From: an uncultured delta proteobacterium
GTDB lineage: Bacteria > Myxococcota_A > Polyangia > Polyangiales > Polyangiaceae
Length of the DNA stretch: 64,000 nt
NCBI GenBank assembly: GCA_963716725.1
Contig: CAVQUB010000030.1
Span: 1-64,000 of the forward strand
Reading direction: 5' to 3'
Positions 7,661 to 16,742 of this stretch are shown piece by piece. The notes beneath the pieces were generated by a model, which was not told where the DNA came from, searched no databases, and worked only from the letters and a program-made list of their open reading frames with translations. The position numbers and the translations under genes were made by a program. Position 1 is the first letter of the stretch. Every line of letters begins with the position of its first letter.

Positions 7661-10084
7661 TCATCCGAGCCAGACGACCGTGAAAGCATCGCCGCCGTCG
7701 TCCGGCCCGGCGGGCTCGGCCCGGCGCACATGCGGGGCGGCCGAGAGGTGAGAGCGAAGGGCGAGCTTCAGCGCACCGGTTCCGTGACCGTGCAGTACGA
7801 AAGCGACGGGTTCGCTCACCCTGAGCATTCGATCGACGAACGCATCGGCGGCGTCGAGGGCTTCGTCCACGCGCTGGCCACGCAGATCCAAGGTGTTGTG
7901 CGAGGTGCGTACCGGCACGAAGCCATCGAGGATCGCGACCTTGCTCTGGTCTTTGGGAGCTGCTGCGCGCGGCTTGGGACGCTGGTGCTGTGCTGTCAGC
8001 TCGATGTCCTCGAGCCGGACGGTGAGCCGCATGGATCCCACCAGCACTTTGAGTTGGCCTCGGCTCGGCGCTTCGGTCACCTCGGCGACCTGGCCGAGTT
8101 TCTTCAAGAACACGCGGCTGCCCGCCGAGAGCTCCGCGGCCTGGGCCGGGCGTCCGTCGGGACGTGGCGGCGCGAGGGCACGCTGTGCGTTTTCGAGGGG
8201 GCTGCCCACGGCGACCTGGCCCGCCGCAGCGTTCACGCTCTTCTCCGCGGCTTTCAGCTCACCAATTCCGACCTCGCCGCGAGCGACTCGCCGTTTTGCC
8301 TCGGAGAGCTCGGCCCGCGCGCGCCGCACTTCACCGAGCAGCTCGCGGGATTCCGCCGCGAGTCGCCCTCGCTCCTCCTCGCGCGCTCTCTTGCGTTCGT
8401 CTTCGATCTCGGCGCTGAGCTGCCGCTGCCGACGCAACTCTTCCTCGGCCGCGTGCCTCGCGGCCTCGAGCGACGCTCGCTCGGCTTCGAGCTTCTGCAC
8501 CAGCTCTTCGCGATCCAGCGCGCGTTGTGGCAAGAGCGACTGCGCTCGCTCGACCACCGACTCCGGAATGCCGTAGCGCGCCGCGACAGCCAGTGCGCTC
8601 GACGCGCCCGGGACGCCGATGGTCAGGCGAAACGTGGGCGCCATGCGCGAGAGGTCGAAGCCCACCGAGGCGTTGACCATCGGTCCGTCCTTGGCGCCGA
8701 GCTCTTTGAGTCGTTCATAGTGGGTGGTGACCGCCACCGCTGCGCCGCGACTGACCAGCGCTTCGAGTACGGCGGCGGCCAGTGCCGAGCCTTCCTCTGG
8801 ATCGGTGCCCGCCGCGACCTCGTCGAGCAAGACCAAGGCTCTCCCGTTGGACCGATCCAAGATCGACGCCAGATTCTTCACGTGGGCGCTGAAGGTCGAA
8901 AGTGATCGGGAAAGCGACTGCTCGTCGCCCACGTCGGTCAGCACCGGCTCGAAGAAGCCGAGCTCGGAACCAGGCTCGGTCGGAATCGGGATGCCGGAGC
9001 GAGCCATCCATGCGGCCAGCCCGAGGCATTTGAGCGCGACGGTCTTGCCGCCGGCGTTTGGTCCAGAAATGACCAGTGCTTGGCCCGCCCGCAGGCTGAT
9101 ATCGCTGGGGATCACCTCGATCTTCTGCGTCACCAACAGCGGATGCCGCATGCCGAGCAGATCGAAGGCCGCGGAGTCACTCAGCTGGACCGCAATCGAG
9201 CGCGTCTCCTTGGCGAAGCGACACAGCGCCGAGAGCGAGTCCGCCGTGATGCAGGCCTCGAGGGCCGTAGCGAGGGCAGGGGAATGACTCTGAACTCGAG
9301 CCGAGAGCTCGGCGAGCACGCGAGCGACCTCGCGTTCGACCTCTGCCTCGGCGACCTTCAAGCGGTTGCCGAGCGCGGTCACTTCCTCGGGTTCCACGTA
9401 GAGTGTGGCGCCCGAAGCGCTCGAACCGAGTACGATGCCGCTCACCTTCAAGTGAGCGTCGGATCGGACTGGGAGCACGAAGCGGCCATCGTGCTCGGTC
9501 CAGTACTCGTCGCGCAGGACCTCGGAGTAGCGGCGCATCAGCTGTGACAGCCGAGTGCCCAGCTCCCGACGGACCTCACCGACGCGGCGTCGAACGCCAC
9601 GGAGCGTCGGGGAAGCGTCGTCGGAGACGCTCCCGTCGGCCTCGATTGACCGGGAGAGAACCTTCGCGAGTTCGTCCAGCGTCGGATCGCTCTCGAGTGC
9701 GCTGGCCAACACAGGCCGCAGATTGCGCGCCGCGCGGGCGTAGCTCCGGAGGGTGCTGGTCAACGCGAGCAGGAGCCCGATGTCGCGGAGTTCTTCGCCG
9801 CTCGCGACACTTCCCTTCGCGACCCGCACCAGCGCTGGCTCGAGCTCGGGCAACGCGCGGGCCGGGATCGGAGCGTCGTCGTCGTGGGCGTCGATGGCCT
9901 CGGCCGTGAGTGTCATGCGCGCCCGCGACTCGGCCGGGGTCGTGGCCGGCGCGAGCGTCAGCATTCGTTCCGCGGCTGGCCGCGAGAGGCAGAGTCCGGC
10001 GAGGTGTGCGAGCAGATCGCGCCACTCGAGGTCTTGCGCGGTCCGCGCTCGCGCAGTGGCCGAGCTGTCGTCGGTCGTGCTCAC
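7661..10084 (-). CDS. mutS2: Endonuclease MutS2 (ATPase plus C-terminal Smr domain)
   Basis: SASGATLYVEP, Walker A SGPNAGGKT, GDEQSLSRSLSTFSAH, LLDE, TTHY; C-terminal LDLRG..HGHGTG. Confidence 0.95.
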   Translation of the reverse strand: MSTTDDSSATARARTAQDLEWRDLLAHLAGLCLSRPAAERMLTLAPATTPAESRARMTLTAEAIDAHDDDAPIPARALPELEPALVRVAKGSVASGEELRDIGLLLALTSTLRSYARAARNLRPVLASALESDPTLDELAKVLSRSIEADGSVSDDASPTLRGVRRRVGEVRRELGTRLSQLMRRYSEVLRDEYWTEHDGRFVLPVRSDAHLKVSGIVLGSSASGATLYVEPEEVTALGNRLKVAEAEVEREVARVLAELSARVQSHSPALATALEACITADSLSALCRFAKETRSIAVQLSDSAAFDLLGMRHPLLVTQKIEVIPSDISLRAGQALVISGPNAGGKTVALKCLGLAAWMARSGIPIPTEPGSELGFFEPVLTDVGDEQSLSRSLSTFSAHVKNLASILDRSNGRALVLLDEVAAGTDPEEGSALAAAVLEALVSRGAAVAVTTHYERLKELGAKDGPMVNASVGFDLSRMAPTFRLTIGVPGASSALAVAARYGIPESVVERAQSLLPQRALDREELVQKLEAERASLEAARHAAEEELRRQRQLSAEIEDERKRAREEERGRLAAESRELLGEVRRARAELSEAKRRVARGEVGIGELKAAEKSVNAAAGQVAVGSPLENAQRALAPPRPDGRPAQAAELSAGSRVFLKKLGQVAEVTEAPSRGQLKVLVGSMRLTVRLEDIELTAQHQRPKPRAAAPKDQSKVAILDGFVPVRTSHNTLDLRGQRVDEALDAADAFVDRMLRVSEPVAFVLHGHGTGALKLALRSHLSAAPHVRRAEPAGPDDGGDAFTVVWLG

Positions 10085-10197
10085 GGCGGCGGCCTATGGC
10101 ATGGCTGGCCAAGCGATGCCACTCGCGCAGGCGGTGCGGCGGCGAGGGGGGGCGCATCGACGCGAAACGAGCGGGCCCCTTCGGACGACGGGCTCGC

Positions 10198-11300
10198 TCA
10201 CGCCGCGTGCACCTCGGCGACGCGACGACCCGCAGGTTCCATGTCGTAGCCCAGCGCGGTGAGCTCGCGTCGGAACTCGGCCGACACCAAGACGTCGAAC
10301 AACCGCGCCAGGCGCGGATCCCGACCGACGCAGAAGGGACCACCAGATTGTAGCGTTCTTCTGCCAGCGGGAGGAAGCGCAGGCCAAACGCCAGCGCAGC
10401 GTCCCGGGTCGCGACGCCCGCGTCCGCGGCGCCCATGCTGATGGCCCGGGCGACTTCGAGGTGTCCCGGTGCGACCAGCTTCGCCGAGCGCGCCAGGTCG
10501 GGCGAGAGCCCCGCAGCACGCAGCTCCTGCTCGAACAAACGCTGAGCGCCGGCTCCGGGCTCCCGGGCGACCAGCCGGGTGCCACGTCGCCCGAGATTGG
10601 CGACACCGGTCAAACGTCGCGCGTCTTCGGCCCGGGTGATCAGGCCCACCTCCCAGCGCGCCAGGGTCACGAGCACCACGGAGCCGGAGGTCGCCGCGCG
10701 GCGCGCATCCACGACGTTGGCTTCCCCGGTCTTCGGATCGACCAGATGGACGCCGGCCACGTGCGCCGTCCCCTCCCGCAGTTCGTCGAGCGCCGCCGTG
10801 CTCGACGAAGCGAACCAAAGAAAGCGGCCTGGTCCCGGTCGCGAGTTGAGTCGGTCCGAGAGCACGCCCAGTCCCGCTGCGCAGCCCGTCAGGAACACGT
10901 TTTCACGAGCCTCGCTCACGGTGCGCACGAGATCCACTTGGGCCTTTCCTCGACGGGCCGACGACACCACGCCGTCGGCCGAGACCCGTGCGCCGTCCGC
11001 CGAGAGCGCTCGCGATACCCAGCGACCCCCGACTTGCGCGACGGCGACGCGTCCCGTGACCATCGACGAGGTCGAGGTCGTCGACAGACGTTCCAAGCCG
11101 GTGCTCGCATCGAACAGGTCTTCGACCCGACAGTCGAGGGCGCGGGTGAGTCGAAGCGCGACGTCCACGGCTGGCGTCGCACGTCCCGCCTCGATTGCCG
11201 CGACGCTCTGCCGGCTCAAGCTCGCGCGCTCCGCCAACGCCGTCTGCGAGAGCCCGCGGGCCTCGCGCCGCTCGCGGACACGATTGGGAGGGGAGGGCAT
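10198..11300 (-). CDS. XRE/HTH_3 regulator fused to molybdate-binding-type PBP domain; single frameshift near 10321 (probable sequencing error, otherwise pseudogene)
   Basis: N-terminal HTH 'RGLSQTALAERASLSRQSVAAIEAG..P...ALRL..AL...VEDLF'; PBP-like motifs SSTAALDEL..AHVAGVHL, REPGAGAQ, HLEVA..GAADAG, EERYNLVV; the C-terminus DPRLARLFDVLVSAEFRRELTALGYD continues in another frame after a CCC run at 10320-10322. Confidence 0.8.
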
Positions 11301-11303
11301 GTG

Positions 11304-11334
11304 AAGCAAACGCTACATCACGTATTGTTTGCTT
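11304..11334. promoter_or_regulatory. Inverted repeat, candidate operator of the adjacent HTH regulator
   Basis: AAGCAAAC-gcTACatcacGTAtt-GTTTGCTT; AT-rich, immediately upstream of the regulator ATG (11300) in a divergent intergenic region. Confidence 0.55.
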
Positions 11335-11437
11335 TCCAGCCTTGGGCCGCCGCCTTGACGCGGGCGGCCTGGGGAGCCAGTTTCGACGGGTGACTGCCGC
11401 CGAGAGCGACGCGCCGACGTCGCGAGCCCCGCTCCGA

Positions 11438-12301
11438 ATGGGCATGGTGCTCGCTCCGACCCGAAGTGCCTTCGGCGGCGGGGAGGCCGAGGCGGCGCTG
11501 CTCCGGGAGCGTCTCGTCCGATTCTGCTCTGCGCTGACCGACGCGACCGGGCTCCCGGCCGAGCCTCGCGAATTCGACGACTACCCGAGTCTGCTCGGTG
11601 CGATGGCGATGGGCGACCTCGACCTGGCCTGGTTGCCGCCGATCGTGGCGATGAGGGCGGCCGCCTCCGGCCGAACGCTGCCCATCGCGCTGCCGGTGCG
11701 TCGCGGCGTGTCGACCTTTTATTCGGCAATGTTCAGCGCCATGGGCTCCCACATACTGCGCCCGTCGGATCTGAACGGCGCCCGCGTCGCGTGGGTCGAC
11801 CCACAGAGCGCTTCCGGCTACTTGCTGATCCGCGCAGCGCTTCGCGCCCAGGGCGTGGACGTTCAAGCTGCCTTCGGAGAGGAGCACTTCTTCGGATCTC
11901 ACGAGGCGGTGGTGAGAGCCGTGCTCGGCGGCACCGCGGATGTAGGCGCCACCTTTCTCCACCACGATGCCACCGGAACAGGCGTCTGGCGTGCGGGTTG
12001 GGGAGACGCCAGGGTGCACATCGTCGCTCGCGTCGGACCCATCCCCTCCGACGTGATCGCGGCCGGCATCCATGTTCCGGTCTCCGAGCTACGCGGCGTG
12101 CAACTCGCCCTCACGGATGCGGTAAATTCGCAGCTGGTAGCGGCGGCGTCGTTGCTGATGGAGGCCGAGAAGTTCGTCGTCGCCGAGTCGTCCCACCTCA
12201 AGCAACTCGAGGAGTTGCTCGACTTCCTCGAAGACGCGGTCCGGCCGTGGCAGTCGATGCTGCCGCCGCCAGCATCGAGCCTGCCTCAGGACGACGACTG
12301 A
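11438..12301 (+). CDS. PhnD/SsuA-type phosphonate-binding-fold protein (stand-alone, no signal peptide)
   Basis: DLAWLPP, YSAMF, VAWVDPQSASGYLL, GSHEAVVRAVLGGTADVGAT, PIPSD. Confidence 0.82.
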   Translation: MGMVLAPTRSAFGGGEAEAALLRERLVRFCSALTDATGLPAEPREFDDYPSLLGAMAMGDLDLAWLPPIVAMRAAASGRTLPIALPVRRGVSTFYSAMFSAMGSHILRPSDLNGARVAWVDPQSASGYLLIRAALRAQGVDVQAAFGEEHFFGSHEAVVRAVLGGTADVGATFLHHDATGTGVWRAGWGDARVHIVARVGPIPSDVIAAGIHVPVSELRGVQLALTDAVNSQLVAAASLLMEAEKFVVAESSHLKQLEELLDFLEDAVRPWQSMLPPPASSLPQDDD

Positions 12302-12304
12302 GGA

Positions 12305-12946
12305 TCACGCGCTGCGGATCTCGACCTCGATCTTCGAGAAACCGAGCGCCCGCAGCAGATCTTCCACCGTGCGCCGGGCGTTCTTGGAAGCCTTGCCGAG
12401 GATGCCGGCCTCCAGCGCGGCGGCGGTCAACTCGCGCTCGGCGCGCGCGCGCGCGTCGGATTCCAGCTGGGCGTTGTGGGTTGCCAAGAGATCCGTTCGC
12501 CGGCTGTGCACGTAGGTGCGCCCGCTGTCGAGGCGCGCGCTGAGGATCTTCGCCGCGGGCAGCGTGACCTTGACTCGGCGCGCCTGGTGGTCGACTTGGA
12601 TGTCACGATCGCCGAGCGCAGATAGATCCACACCCGCGACCACGTCTCCGGCGGCGACCAAGAGCAGGTGGTCCTCGGATTCGAGCAAGCCGAAAGCCCG
12701 CGACTGGCGATCCTTCACGTCCAAGACTCGCTCGAGGTGATACTCTGCGCTCTCGAGCCGCGCGAGGTCGCGGATGGCGGTCACGACGTTGGGGGTCGCT
12801 CGAACCACCGTCACCGAGCGTGTCGCGCGTCCCGCGAGCAGCGGGGACGACAGATCGAGCCCGTGGCTCGCGACTCCGATGCCCACGCCTGTTGCCAGAA
12901 CCAGGACTGCCCACAGTGCGTTTCGACCACGCTCTCTCGAGATCAT
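12305..12946 (-). CDS. DUF4230 domain membrane-anchored protein
   Basis: N-terminal TM; LARLESAEY, AAGDVVAGVDLS, VTLP, GIL..A..NA....LLRALGF. Confidence 0.8.
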   Translation of the reverse strand: MISRERGRNALWAVLVLATGVGIGVASHGLDLSSPLLAGRATRSVTVVRATPNVVTAIRDLARLESAEYHLERVLDVKDRQSRAFGLLESEDHLLLVAAGDVVAGVDLSALGDRDIQVDHQARRVKVTLPAAKILSARLDSGRTYVHSRRTDLLATHNAQLESDARARAERELTAAALEAGILGKASKNARRTVEDLLRALGFSKIEVEIRSA

Positions 12947-13035
12947 GCGATCAAGGTAGCGCCGCGCGGCAACCTGTCGACGTGACAATCCCGACGCGGC
13001 CTGCGAAACGCGATTCGCACCCCCCGCGCGTAGGT

Positions 13036-13503
13036 TCAGGGCGCGGCAGCGTGGGGCGTTTCCCACTCCATGCCGATCATCGGCTCGCGCCGGCCAATTC
13101 GCAGCGCCACCCGGACTTTCGCCCGGCGAGCATCGGAGTCCAGTGCCGCGGCGAGCCCGAGCAGGTTCTCGCACACGCGCGCGCTCACCTGATCAGACAC
13201 CGTCAGCGTGATGCTGCCGCCGTTGCTCTTGGAGAGCCGCGCGAGCAGGCCCCGCGCCAAGACGCTCCGCGCCGAGAACGCGGCCGGATCGGTGCGGTCA
13301 TTCGCGACGAGCACCGTCGAGCCAAGGCGCCACCCTGTAGCCTCGAGTCGCGCGATCCGGTTGGCAACCTGGGTCACCAGCGATGTCGGCTCCCCTTCGT
13401 AGTGCTGAGCGACGACCGCTAGGTCACCGCCGCGGCTCGGCTCGAGCCAACGCGGCCAGCTGGCACCGAACTCGATCACCACCAACGTTGCGTCTCGTGT
13501 CAT
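13036..13503 (-). CDS. Hypothetical protein
   Basis: ATG 13503 preceded by GAGGGAG; natural-looking sequence MTRDATLVVIEFGASWPRW... Confidence 0.6.
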   Translation of the reverse strand: MTRDATLVVIEFGASWPRWLEPSRGGDLAVVAQHYEGEPTSLVTQVANRIARLEATGWRLGSTVLVANDRTDPAAFSARSVLARGLLARLSKSNGGSITLTVSDQVSARVCENLLGLAAALDSDARRAKVRVALRIGRREPMIGMEWETPHAAAP

Positions 13504-13602
13504 CGAATTCTCCCTCGGACCCCACGGGCATAGGGTGCTCGGGGTGAACTGGCCAAAAAAACGGGGCCTGGCTCCGGGACCAAAACGGCGTAGGCTCCAA
13601 CC

Positions 13603-14934
13603 ATGGCTTTGCGGGCGATCTGGGGAGTTTCGCTGGTTTGTGTGGGGCTGGGGGCGGGCTGCGCGGCTGATGACTCGGACCTTGGCGGCGGCGGTGGGAG
13701 CTCGGGCTTTGGCGGTGTGGTCACCGGAGGCAGCGGTGGCGCGAGCGGAGGCAGCGGTGGCGCGAGCGGAGGCAGCGGTGGCGCGAGCGGAGGCAGCGGC
13801 GGAACCGGAGCTGCGGCCACGGGCGGGACTGGTGGCGCGAGCGGTGGCGCCGGCGGAACGGCGGGCGGCGCGGGCGGCGCGGGCGGCGCGGGCGGCGCGG
13901 GCGGCGCGGGCGGCACAGGCGGCACAGGCGGCACGGGCGGCACGGGCGGCAGTACAGGGGGCGCGGGTGGCAGCGGAGGCGCCGGGGGCTCCGGCGACAC
14001 GACGCCGCCGACGGTCACGTCTACGACGCCAGCTCCGACGACGACGGCAGTCGTCAAGAGCGCACCCATTGTCGTGACCTTCAGCGAGCCGATGCAGGTG
14101 ACGTCGATCAGCGCCGCGACGTCGGGAACCACATGCACGGGGACGCTTCAGGTCTCCAAGGACGAGTTCGCGACCTGCATCGCCATGAGTGGAAACCCCG
14201 TCGCGAGCGGGGGCAACACCGCGTTCACCCTGACGCCATCCGGCGGGCTCGCCAGCATCGGCATCTACAAAGTGCGCGTGACGACTGCGGCGAAGGACGC
14301 CGCAGGCAACAGCCTTGCCGCGCAATACACCGCGACGGACCCGTTCACGGTTCGCTACTTTCACACCATCACCATCGATGGCAACAACGACTTTGCCTCG
14401 AACGAAAGCTTCACCAGCTCATCCGGCGGCTACACCGGCTATTTGGCCTGGGACGAAGGCTATTTGTACGTCGGCATGAGCGGCGCCGACGTGGGCTCGA
14501 GCAGCGCCAACAAGTGGGTCGCGCTCTACCTCGGCGGAACACCCGGCACGAACGCCGGCTTCACTTACAATACCCAGCAGCCCACGGTCCCCTTTGCGGC
14601 GCGCTGGCACCTGCGCTGGCGCGGCAGCAACGATCTCACCAACACCCAGGCCTGGACCGGCTCGGCTTGGGCCGACGCGGGCTGGAGCTTCGCTGGCGAC
14701 GTCTACAAGACGGGCAGCTTCGTCGAGCTGCGCATCCCGTTGGTCGACATTGGCTCTCCGACCACGCTGTCCGCGCACCTCGGCATGCTGAACGACAGCG
14801 TGGGCGTCGAGGCAACCTACGCCGCCGTACCTTCGACCTCGCATTCCGACGGCTACGACCCCAACTTCAGCAAGTACCTCGAGCTGTTGATCGGCGGCTC
14901 GATCGCGCCGAATGCCTCACCGATCAAGCCTTGA
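13603..14934 (+). CDS. Lipoprotein with Gly-rich linker, Ig-like (Big_5) domain and DOMON/CBM9-like C-terminal domain
   Basis: Lipobox LGAGC; DTTPPTVTSTTP..IVVTFSEPM..DAAGN (Big_5-like); TITIDGNNDF..LAWDEGYLYVG..VELRIPL. Confidence 0.75.
   Translation: MALRAIWGVSLVCVGLGAGCAADDSDLGGGGGSSGFGGVVTGGSGGASGGSGGASGGSGGASGGSGGTGAAATGGTGGASGGAGGTAGGAGGAGGAGGAGGAGGTGGTGGTGGTGGSTGGAGGSGGAGGSGDTTPPTVTSTTPAPTTTAVVKSAPIVVTFSEPMQVTSISAATSGTTCTGTLQVSKDEFATCIAMSGNPVASGGNTAFTLTPSGGLASIGIYKVRVTTAAKDAAGNSLAAQYTATDPFTVRYFHTITIDGNNDFASNESFTSSSGGYTGYLAWDEGYLYVGMSGADVGSSSANKWVALYLGGTPGTNAGFTYNTQQPTVPFAARWHLRWRGSNDLTNTQAWTGSAWADAGWSFAGDVYKTGSFVELRIPLVDIGSPTTLSAHLGMLNDSVGVEATYAAVPSTSHSDGYDPNFSKYLELLIGGSIAPNASPIKP
13726..13914 (+). 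repeat. Intragenic tandem repeats encoding a Gly-rich linker
   Basis: 21-bp GGAGGCAGCGGTGGCGCGAGC x3 (13726-13788) and 9-bp GCGGGCGGC x6 (13861-13914). Confidence 0.85.
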
Positions 14935-15214
14935 GCCAGACCAGCGTGGCTCCCCACCCGCCGCGGGTGGCGGGGGCGTCGCTGAAGCGACCGACCAGCG
15001 GGTGAGTCTCGAGCACCTGTCGCACCCTCGAACGCTGAAATCCGGTGCCGCGACCGTGGATCAACCGGACCTCACGGAAACCCTTCTCGTGGGCCGCTTC
15101 GAGGTACGACAGCACCACGTCTGGGATGTCCCGCGGCTGAAATCCGTGCAGATCGATGCTGTCCTCGATCTCGACGACCGCCGCGGGCTGCTCGTCGTCG
15201 GGCGCGTCCTTCAC
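14924..15214 (-). CDS. Stand-alone Smr/MutS2-C-terminal domain protein
   Basis: IDLHGF..VRLIHGRGTG..R..V..L..HP.V..F..A...GGWGATLV; GTG start overlaps the Ku stop codon (GTGA). Confidence 0.9.
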   Translation of the reverse strand: MKDAPDDEQPAAVVEIEDSIDLHGFQPRDIPDVVLSYLEAAHEKGFREVRLIHGRGTGFQRSRVRQVLETHPLVGRFSDAPATRGGWGATLVWLKA

Positions 15215-16098
15215 TTCTTGGCGCCACGACGGCGGGTGGCGACCTTCTTCTCCGCAGGAGCCGCAGCTTCGCTCCGCGCCTTCACCAGCGGCTTGGGCGC
15301 TTCCGTCGTGTTGCCGACGCGCTCCTGGGCCTCGGAGAGGCTCCGCTTGAGCGCCTCGAAGAGATCGATGATCTGTGCGCGCGGCGCTTCGGGCGCCACG
15401 CTGATCTCTTGTCCGGCCACCTTCTTCTCGACCGCAGCCCGCACGCGTTCTTCGTAGGTGTCGCTGTAGCGCTCCGCAGAAAAACCCTTGCTGGTGAGCT
15501 GGTCGACGAGCTTCGCGGCGAGACCGCGCTCGACTTCGCTGAAACTGAAGCGCGCACCCGCGTCGATCTCGTCGAAGGCGCGCACCTCGTTCTGGTAGTA
15601 GAGTTGGTGCAGCACGAGCCCGTGCTCGGCGTAGGGTCGGATCAGCACCAGCTGCTCTTTGCCCCGAGCCGCCCAGCGTCCCACGGCCACCACGCCCTGC
15701 TCGCGCATGCACTCGCCGAGCAATTGATAGGGTTTGTCGCCTCCTTTGTCCGGTCCGAGGTAGTAGCTCTTCTCGACCTGTACGAAATCCACGCTCGAAA
15801 GCGGCACGAACTCGGTGATCTCCATCGAGCCCGATCGTTCGCTCTCCAGGGACTTCAGCTCTTCCTCGCTGAAGAGCACGAACTGTCCCCGAGAATACTC
15901 GTATCCCTTCACGGTAGCGCTGCGCTCGACGACCTCGTCGTCCACCGGGCAGAGGTACTGCTGCTTGAGCCGACTGCCGCATTTGTCGTGCAGCATGTTG
16001 AACCGCACCTGTTCGCTCGACGCCGCGGTGTAGAGCTTCACCGGAATGGCGACGAGGCCAAACGAAATGGTGCCGGAAGAGGTGGCGCGTGCAGCCAT
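15211..16098 (-). CDS. ku: Non-homologous end-joining protein Ku
   Basis: SGTISFGLVAIPVKLYTA, VKGYEY, YYLGP, IIDLFEALKRSL; basic C-terminal tail. Confidence 0.96.
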   Translation of the reverse strand: MAARATSSGTISFGLVAIPVKLYTAASSEQVRFNMLHDKCGSRLKQQYLCPVDDEVVERSATVKGYEYSRGQFVLFSEEELKSLESERSGSMEITEFVPLSSVDFVQVEKSYYLGPDKGGDKPYQLLGECMREQGVVAVGRWAARGKEQLVLIRPYAEHGLVLHQLYYQNEVRAFDEIDAGARFSFSEVERGLAAKLVDQLTSKGFSAERYSDTYEERVRAAVEKKVAGQEISVAPEAPRAQIIDLFEALKRSLSEAQERVGNTTEAPKPLVKARSEAAAPAEKKVATRRRGAKK

Positions 16099-16247
16099 GG
16101 TGAAGCGAATGGTAACGACCCGAGTGTGACGTAGGGAAACATTGTGGCGTTGCCCGCGACTGCGAGCTGAACGCGGGAGCAGGCGCGCGGAGGCCCGAGC
16201 GGCGCTCGGTGCCAGCTTGTGCCAGGCGCGGCGGCACGTGCGTTGCA

Positions 16248-16733
16248 CGCTTCGACGAGACCATGGACATCGCCGCGCGTTCGGTGGGAGTCGAGCTGCG
16301 TTTGCCCTGGTACATGGGCATCCAGAAGTTCTACGGCGAGGAATACTCGACGAACCCGGGGGTGATCGAGCCTCAGCACCTCGCGCCCGACGACGCCATG
16401 GTGTTCAATCAGATCGTGGCACCTTGCGCCGCTTCGGCGTTCGACGCCGCCGATCCGGTCGAAGTGGTGGTGCGCTGGCAGACGCCGACGGGGCACGCCA
16501 AACAAGAGACGTCGGCGAAGACGACCCTCGCGGCGCTGCTCTCGTCACCGCCCAAGTACCTCGGCAAGGCCAAGGCCATCATCGCCTACGCCGAGGCGCT
16601 CAAGGGCCCGGTCACTGCGAAACAAGACCTCGCCCAGGCCAAACAGCTGGCCAGCACGGCCAACCCCGGCGGCACCGATCCCGAGCTGAACGAGATCGCC
16701 GCGCTGATCGACCAGGCTCTGTCGGTGTACTGA
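16248..16733 (+). pseudogene. Probable C-terminal remnant of a larger (vWA-type) myxobacterial lipoprotein
   Basis: Protein-like sequence starts abruptly (RFDETMDIAARSVGVELRLPWY..FYGEEYSTNP..EPQHLAPDDAMVF); resembles from recall the C-terminal part of Polyangiaceae vWA proteins; no credible N-terminus. Confidence 0.45.
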
Positions 16734-16742
16734 CGCCGGTCG

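Noticed and set aside
13726..13980. GC-rich repeats and the antisense Pro-rich ORF 13500-14138
   Set aside because: These are the Gly-rich linker codons of the lipoprotein; the antisense ORF is a shadow
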